This document shows positions 58,685 through 64,000 of a stretch of DNA of 64,000 nt, in pieces. Position numbers and translations under genes: made by a program. Origin of the DNA: an uncultured Bdellovibrionales bacterium. GTDB taxonomy: Bacteria; Patescibacteriota; Minisyncoccia; Moranbacterales; DUUL01. The notes below the pieces were generated by a model that was given only the letters and a program-made list of their open reading frames with translations, was not told the origin of the DNA and did no database searches. The stretch is from the NCBI GenBank assembly GCA_964556685.1, contig CAZKWX010000001.1, positions 11,417-75,416 of the forward strand, read 5' to 3'. The stretch's first letter is position 1. Every line of letters begins with the position of its first letter.

Positions 58685-58973
58685 GTATATACGAACGTAT
58701 ATACGTGGATATATATGTTTAAACTTCGTATGTCTTCTTCAGAGTTGCTTTTGTTAATAGTGATCACCAGCCCTTCGACTAACTCCCCTGAATTCAAAAC
58801 TAATGAATTCAGTCCCCTCTTAACAAGAGGGGAAATAGAATTTCCGCCGGAGTTTGTGCCGCACTTGCCGTATCCGCCTTTGGAGGAATGCGGTGCGGGA
58901 ATATACGAACGTATATACGCTTTGGCACGTCTCAGTCAACCACCCCTTCACCCCTCCTTTCTAAGGAGGGGAA
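58685..58973. repeat. Composite repeat cluster (families C and B plus nested GC-rich hairpins)
   Basis: Family C at 58685 and 58901; family B at 58776-58833 (near reverse complement of 29889-29946) and 58938-58973. Confidence 0.85.
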
Positions 58974-58977
58974 ATAT

Positions 58978-59685
58978 CTAATCTTCAATTATTGTTCCTT
59001 GGAATTTTTCTCCTTTGAATATCTTTTCAAGATTTTTTATGTTGCGACCTTCAGCTATGATAACCTTTAGACCCGTTTTTTGAGCATGTTTGGCTGCTAC
59101 TGGATCGAATGGCACATTGGCTCCCGGATCCCACTTATTTCCCACCAACTTACGAAATTCTTTCCAGTTCATGTTTTCGAATTTTTTGGCATCTTTATAC
59201 TTGTTGGGATCTTTATCACAAACATATTTTACATTGGAAAGATTGATGAGAGTTTTAGCATCCAGTCTTTCGGCCAGGATTGTTGCTACATAGTCGGTGG
59301 ACCAACCTGGTCGCCAACCAGCTGCAACCATGATGCCCTCTCCTTTTTTGAAATGTTTTTTCAGGTCCTCTTTGGTGCGAGGATTTTTGTTTATCCGGGG
59401 GTGAGCATAATCTCTGAAGATAGTTTTAATGAGATGGCCATTGAGTCTGGTTGAATGAACCCCAATCCAGTCACGGTCATCATTAGTCAGGTGGGCAGCC
59501 TTGCTGGCTGCTTGTTGATATTTTCTGGCCGTCTTTCCTCCTCCGGTGATGAGAACGAATTTTCTTCCATTTTTGATTTCCTTGATGATCAGCGCTCTGA
59601 ATTTCTTCAAGAATCTCCAATCAATTTTATCGGGAACGATCAGGGAGCCGCCCAGTGAGATTACTATGATTTCTTTTTTGGACAT
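58978..59685 (-). CDS. pyrH: UMP kinase (archaeal-like subtype)
   Basis: SLGGS, TGGG..AR.YQ, D..G...TRLN, PGWSTD, DKDP and PFDP. Confidence 0.92.
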   Translation of the reverse strand: MSKKEIIVISLGGSLIVPDKIDWRFLKKFRALIIKEIKNGRKFVLITGGGKTARKYQQAASKAAHLTNDDRDWIGVHSTRLNGHLIKTIFRDYAHPRINKNPRTKEDLKKHFKKGEGIMVAAGWRPGWSTDYVATILAERLDAKTLINLSNVKYVCDKDPNKYKDAKKFENMNWKEFRKLVGNKWDPGANVPFDPVAAKHAQKTGLKVIIAEGRNIKNLEKIFKGEKFQGTIIED

Positions 59686-59701
59686 TTGATTTATTTTTTA
59701 A

Positions 59702-60148
59702 TTACCATGAAATATTTTTTGATCTGAAAAAAATTCTCGAACACAATGATCCCTCTTTTGCTGACTGAGTCAGCTCATCTGCTCGATCACTCCATCTTTG
59801 TTTAATGTATTGAGTGATACCCTTTTCGGTTTGTGGGACATTTGGTTCTCCTTTTATTATCGTTGCTGCATAGTCTCTCATAACAAGTATATAATCTCCC
59901 CTGTCGCTGGTGTCCTCTCCAATCAGTTCATCAATTTCAACAGTGACGCCAAGTTTGGTTGAGGCAGCTCTCCTTGCAATATCTTCCCATTTTTCTTCGG
60001 GATTCTTTTTTGATGCCGCTGGAAATCCCCAGTAACCAGGCATGCTGGCATCATCTAGTGGTCTTTTTACTATTAGGTATTTTGACTTATCCTCATTATA
60101 AATCACGAGAGCTGCTGAACAAACAACGGGTTTCGAATTATTTGTCAT
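59702..60148 (-). CDS. Nudix-fold protein with a degenerate Nudix box
   Basis: LIVKR..D..PGYWGFPA...E......RAASTKLGV; catalytic Glu residues are missing. Confidence 0.75.
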   Translation of the reverse strand: MTNNSKPVVCSAALVIYNEDKSKYLIVKRPLDDASMPGYWGFPAASKKNPEEKWEDIARRAASTKLGVTVEIDELIGEDTSDRGDYILVMRDYAATIIKGEPNVPQTEKGITQYIKQRWSDRADELTQSAKEGSLCSRIFFRSKNISW

Positions 60149-60193
60149 AATGCTTTTTTAAATTAGGAAATATTTATTCATTTTTCCTTAAAA

Positions 60194-60255
60194 CATCAGG
60201 AGTCACCAGCCATTTTGACTAACTCCCCCTAGCCCCCTCTTACCAAGAGGGGGAA
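60194..60255 (+). repeat. Family B half element with spacer
   Basis: caggagtcaccagccattttgactaactccccctagccccctcttaccaagaggggg. Confidence 0.9.
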
Positions 60256-60318
60256 CTATTGAACATTTGTAATTCACGTATTCGCGTCACTCGCATTCAT
60301 TCGCGGATTAGCATCGCA

Positions 60319-60768
60319 TTAATGGCAGCATTTGGCTGGAACGTAGCCCTTGTTTTTTGCATCCTCTTCGGAAGAAAAACAGACTCGATTCTCTGTTTTG
60401 ATCCTCGCGGCCCATTGGCATGATGGCAAGTGATATTTATCTGAATTTTTGCTGCCAACCAAGAGACATTCCTGATCTTGCTGAGCACCTTCATTATTAT
60501 TAACCGTATTTTGACCAACGTCAATTCCCTTCCTTTCCAACGCTTCTCCAAGTGTTTTGATTTTTTCCTGGGCGGGATTGGCTGCAGCCAGTTGATTGAG
60601 TTGGACATCAATTTTGGCCACTTGATTTTGCTTTTCGTGAGTTTGACCGGCCCGAAAACTTACTACTGCCACCAAAATCAAAGCCAAAACAGTCAAAATT
60701 TTTTGATCATGTTTTTGCCAAAATATCCTTATTTTATCTCCTAATGTCTTTTTATTTTGAGTTGACAA
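60319..60768 (-). CDS. Membrane-anchored protein with C-terminal Ada-like metal-binding domain
   Basis: VGSKNSDKYHLPSC..A..I...N...F.S.EDA...GY.P..C. Confidence 0.85.
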   Translation of the reverse strand: MSTQNKKTLGDKIRIFWQKHDQKILTVLALILVAVVSFRAGQTHEKQNQVAKIDVQLNQLAAANPAQEKIKTLGEALERKGIDVGQNTVNNNEGAQQDQECLLVGSKNSDKYHLPSCQWAARIKTENRVCFSSEEDAKNKGYVPAKCCH

Positions 60769-60790
60769 ATCGGATTCTATACGATATTAT
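60762..60790 (+). promoter_or_regulatory. Sigma70-like promoter, probably for rpmA
   Basis: TTGACA-N17-TATTAT. Confidence 0.6.
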
Positions 60791-60994
60791 TTACCTTAGT
60801 TTCTCGCATAGGAATAGTACCCTATGCGCGCGGATGTACGCAGACTTAACGCTGACACACGCGGGTAATTTATTTATTTAGGCGACCCTAATTTACCTGC
60901 CCGCAATGCTGCGCATGCAAAGCAGGCGGGCGAATGAATATTCGAATAACTCGAATGGAGGTGCTCGATTACGTGGATTATAACATATATTTAA

Positions 60995-61073
60995 TGTCAT
61001 TTCGACTGGAGCGTAGCGGAATGGAGAAATCTCGTTTTATTCATGAGATTCCTCGACTACGCTCGGAATGACA
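60995..61073. repeat. Family A doublet abutting the rpmA start
   Basis: tgtcatttcgactggagcgtagcggaatggagaaatctc...gagattcctcgactacgctcggaatgaca. Confidence 0.9.
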
Positions 61074-61082
61074 GCAGGACTA

Positions 61083-61355
61083 ATGGCGCATAGAAAAGCT
61101 GGGGGCTCAACTGAACTTGGACGAGATTCTAAACCCAAATATCTTGGGGTGAAGCGTTTTGGTGGCCAAAAAGTTAAAAGCGGTGAAATTCTCATTCGTC
61201 AAAGAGGATCGAAATTCCGAGCCGGAAAAAATACGAAAATTACTTCCGACGACACCATTATCGCGGTCAAAGATGGTGAAGTTAGTTTTGTTACAAAAAA
61301 GATTAAAAAGTTTACTGGAAACCTGGAAACAGCGAAGATTGTTGAAGTGGTATAG
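61083..61355 (+). CDS. rpmA: 50S ribosomal protein L27
   Basis: MAHRKAGGST..GRDS.PKYLGVK and ILIRQRG. ATG at 61083. Confidence 0.97.
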   Translation: MAHRKAGGSTELGRDSKPKYLGVKRFGGQKVKSGEILIRQRGSKFRAGKNTKITSDDTIIAVKDGEVSFVTKKIKKFTGNLETAKIVEVV

Positions 61356-61517
61356 AGTTTACGGATTACCCTACTTCGCTCTGACAAGCTACGAAGGGCA
61401 GGCAGATTGTTACAGATATACAGATAGAAAACGCTCTGTTCTAGGAGCTGTTTTTTTGTTGTTTTTTAAAAGAAAATCGCTCGATCAGGAGCGATTTCCC
61501 GTCGAACGATTAGATTC

Positions 61518-61733
61518 TTATGATATGTTTTTGAAATAGGTTCTCCTTGGCTCTTTTGTAAAGAGTGTCACGTAGAGAAACCCCTCCGCATCAACTCCAG
61601 CATGTCCTTCCAAGAAATCTTTGTAGATCTGAAACAATTTCTCAACCTCAACCTGTTCGTTTTCGCTTGTGTCAAAAATAGTGCCGTTGCTTTCCTTCCA
61701 TTTGTTGAGAACCTCTCTTAGCGTTGACTTCAT
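61518..61733 (-). CDS. Small orphan protein
   Basis: Own promoter (TTGACA-N17-TATGCT at 61816-61788) and hairpin at 61474-61497. Confidence 0.6.
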   Translation of the reverse strand: MKSTLREVLNKWKESNGTIFDTSENEQVEVEKLFQIYKDFLEGHAGVDAEGFLYVTLFTKEPRRTYFKNIS

Positions 61734-61830
61734 TTTAAAATTCCTTTCTTTGAAAAATGATTTACAGTTACAATAAATTAACTAAAAAGCATAGCATAAT
61801 ACTACGCTTTTGTCAAGTCTTTAGGGATTT

Positions 61831-63465
61831 TTATTTCTTCGCTGCTTTGATAAATTCAAAGAAAAGCGGATTCGGCTTGAGTGGTCTTGAAGTAAATTCT
61901 GGATGAAATTGAGAGCCTAGCATGAAAGGATGAATGTCTCTACGAAGTTCAGCGATTTCCATAAGTCGTCGATCAGGTGAGATTCCCGAAAAAACAAAGC
62001 CTTCGTTTTGCAAACGCTTGATATATTTCAGATTCACTTCATAGCGATGACGATGCCTCTCTTTGATTTTTTGTTTTTTGTAGGCAGCGTATGCAATAGT
62101 TCTTTTCTTTATGTTGCAAGGATAGTTGCCTAGCCTCATTGTGGCGCCATAGTTGCTTTCTTCCATGTTTTTCTTTTGTTCAGGCATGAGGTCAATCACA
62201 GGATACTTTGATTTCGGTTTGATTTCCGTTGTGTGAGCTTCTTTCAAGCCAACTACATGACGAGCAAATTCAACAGTCATGAGCTGCATCCCATAGCAAA
62301 GTCCAAGGTATGGAATTTTATTTTCTCTAACATACTTTATTGCCTTTATTTTTCCTTCTACTCCGCGAGATCCAAACCCTCCTGGAACAATCACCCCATC
62401 GCACTTATCGAGCTCTGCTAATTTAGACGAATCTTTTTCATAAACTTCTGAATTCAACCAGATTATTTCTGGATTCAGGTTGTGAGCCCACGCAGCGTGG
62501 TTAATTGATTCAATCACGGAAATATAGGTGTCCCTGCAAGATTTTGAATTAAAATACTTACCAACTATTCCGATTCGAACAATGTTTTTTAACTTCTTAA
62601 TCTTCTTGGATAGCTTGATCCAATTCTGCATGTTAGTTTTTCTGGGCTTGAGACCCATCGAATTCAAAACAACGTTTCCGAAATTTTCTTTTTCAAAATT
62701 GACTGGGATGTCATAAATCGAATCAACATCTGGAGCCGACATTATTCTTTCTTTTGGCTGGCTGCAAACAGTGCTAATGGTTTGCTTGATGTCATCGGTA
62801 ACAGGCAAGTTTGCTCTGCAAAGAATAAAATCAGGAGAAATACCAGCAGAGTTCAAGGTTCGGATTGCATATTGAGTAGGCTTTGATTTTTGTTCTCCCA
62901 AAAGCCTTGGGGTAGGAAGATAGCTGGCCATAACAAAGAAAACGTTCTTTGGGTCTTTAATTTTCATCATTCTGGAGGCTTCCAGGAACAAAAGGAGTTG
63001 ATATTCTCCAATCGTTCCTCCAAATTCAACTATTGTTATTTCTGCTCTATTTTTCCTTTGACACTCCTTGATTCTTCGAATTATTTCATTAGGTACGTCA
63101 GGATAGACCTCAACGTCCTCACCGCCATACTCGAGATTTCTCTCTCGCTTGATCACCTCCCGATAAACTTGTCCCGTAGTTATATAGTTATCACATGTGC
63201 AGGTTTGATTCGTAAACCTTTCATAATTTCCAAGATCTTGATCGGCTTCAATCCCGTCGGAACCAACAAAAACCTCCCCATGTTCTGCTGGTCGAATTGT
63301 TCCAGCATCAACGTTCACGTACATGTCACACTTTATATTTGCAACCCGATAACCCTTTGAGTTTAAAATTTTTCCAATTGAAGCAGCCGCAACTCCTTTT
63401 CCAACAGATGACATGACTCCCCCAACAACAAAGATGAACTTTTTTACGCTTTTTGTTTTTTTCAT
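61831..63465 (-). CDS. pyrG: CTP synthase
   Basis: GGVMSSVGKG, HGEVFV, KSKPTQ, GLCYGMQ, ERHRHRYE and QFHPEF. Confidence 0.98.
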   Translation of the reverse strand: MKKTKSVKKFIFVVGGVMSSVGKGVAAASIGKILNSKGYRVANIKCDMYVNVDAGTIRPAEHGEVFVGSDGIEADQDLGNYERFTNQTCTCDNYITTGQVYREVIKRERNLEYGGEDVEVYPDVPNEIIRRIKECQRKNRAEITIVEFGGTIGEYQLLLFLEASRMMKIKDPKNVFFVMASYLPTPRLLGEQKSKPTQYAIRTLNSAGISPDFILCRANLPVTDDIKQTISTVCSQPKERIMSAPDVDSIYDIPVNFEKENFGNVVLNSMGLKPRKTNMQNWIKLSKKIKKLKNIVRIGIVGKYFNSKSCRDTYISVIESINHAAWAHNLNPEIIWLNSEVYEKDSSKLAELDKCDGVIVPGGFGSRGVEGKIKAIKYVRENKIPYLGLCYGMQLMTVEFARHVVGLKEAHTTEIKPKSKYPVIDLMPEQKKNMEESNYGATMRLGNYPCNIKKRTIAYAAYKKQKIKERHRHRYEVNLKYIKRLQNEGFVFSGISPDRRLMEIAELRRDIHPFMLGSQFHPEFTSRPLKPNPLFFEFIKAAKK

Positions 63466-63474
63466 TTATTTAAG

Positions 63475-63560
63475 GCGACCCAAATTTACGAATTGACACT
63501 CGAATTTACGAATGAATTTCATTCGAGTCATTCGGATGAGAATTCGTATATTAGGATCGC
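63475..63560. repeat. GxxExxY-type inverted doublet (empty)
   Basis: gcgacccaaatttacgaat...cgaat / attcg...attcgtatattaggatcgc. Confidence 0.8.
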
Positions 63561-63627
63561 ATATTAAGATTCAAAACAAAAACCGCTCCCCTAACAAAAA
63601 AGCGGCTCCTGAGTAGTTCTTAATCCG

Positions 63628-64000
63628 CTACTCAGCCTCCACAATTACTTTAATTTCAACCTCAATCCCATGATCGAGATTTATTTTAATCTTATGCTCC
63701 CCGATTTCTTTTATTGGATCGACTAAAATTATATATTTTTCTTCTAATTTCACTCCTTGGGCAGCCAATGCTTCTACGATCTCCTTGGCAACAACTGAAC
63801 CAAATAGTTTGTCGTCTTCTGCTTTTGACTTGATGACCACTTCACGCCCGTCAAGGTCTTCGGCGATTTCTTGAGCTTTTGCTAAATCTTCTTTCTCCTT
63901 TTCCGTTTGTTCTTTCTTGGCTTCTTCAGCTTTAGCTATGCTCTCAGGAGTGGCTGGTTCAGCTAAACCATTGGGAATTAAAAAATTTCTGGCAAATCCA
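63628..64000 (-). CDS. rplI: 50S ribosomal protein L9 (5' end outside window)
   Basis: GFARNFLIP.GLA..AT, KLFGSV and PIKEIGEH. Confidence 0.95.
   Translation of the reverse strand, partial: GFARNFLIPNGLAEPATPESIAKAEEAKKEQTEKEKEDLAKAQEIAEDLDGREVVIKSKAEDDKLFGSVVAKEIVEALAAQGVKLEEKYIILVDPIKEIGEHKIKINLDHGIEVEIKVIVEAE

Noticed and set aside
58685-58973. Clustered repeats as a possible CRISPR array
   Set aside because: No identical direct repeats with regular unique spacers and no cas genes; it is a mix of dispersed families.
58676-59070. ORF-track ORFs 58676-58981 and 58888-59070
   Set aside because: They are translations of repeat DNA or antisense to pyrH.

Overview
This is a gene-dense, AT-rich bacterial window using genetic code 11, with TGA read as stop. 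Gene content and style suggest a Patescibacteria/CPR (Parcubacteria-like) chromosome; that assignment is inference. Contents in order: (1) a complete F1Fo ATP synthase operon (atpBEFHAGDC) interrupted by four unrelated cargo genes; (2) a ~34 kb envelope-glycosylation region with four ArnT/PMT-like GT-C enzymes, three membrane-anchored metallophosphoesterases, GT2/GT4 enzymes, a flippase, a nucleotide-sugar dehydrogenase, an O-antigen-ligase-like gene, DUF4012 and rmlCBD, which also holds a strongly divergent RtcB-like gene and a thymidylate-kinase-like gene; (3) housekeeping genes (gltX, pyrH, pyrG, rpmA, rplI, maf) mixed with small orphan genes. Almost every intergenic gap is filled by one of at least seven short palindromic or repeat families. 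Three families bracket their own small nuclease or DNA-binding gene here: DUF559, GxxExxY and TrpR/YerC-like. They also occur as empty doublets or solo copies, an architecture like REPIN/RAYT but with different enzymes. Repeats nest inside each other, and at least four are inserted in frame in proteins. Other highlights are a probable ~115-nt small RNA, a tandem of AbrB-like 3'-end remnants alternating with cargo genes, and two paralogous 50-aa microproteins missing from the ORF track. No database searches were run, so all family calls come from motif recognition.
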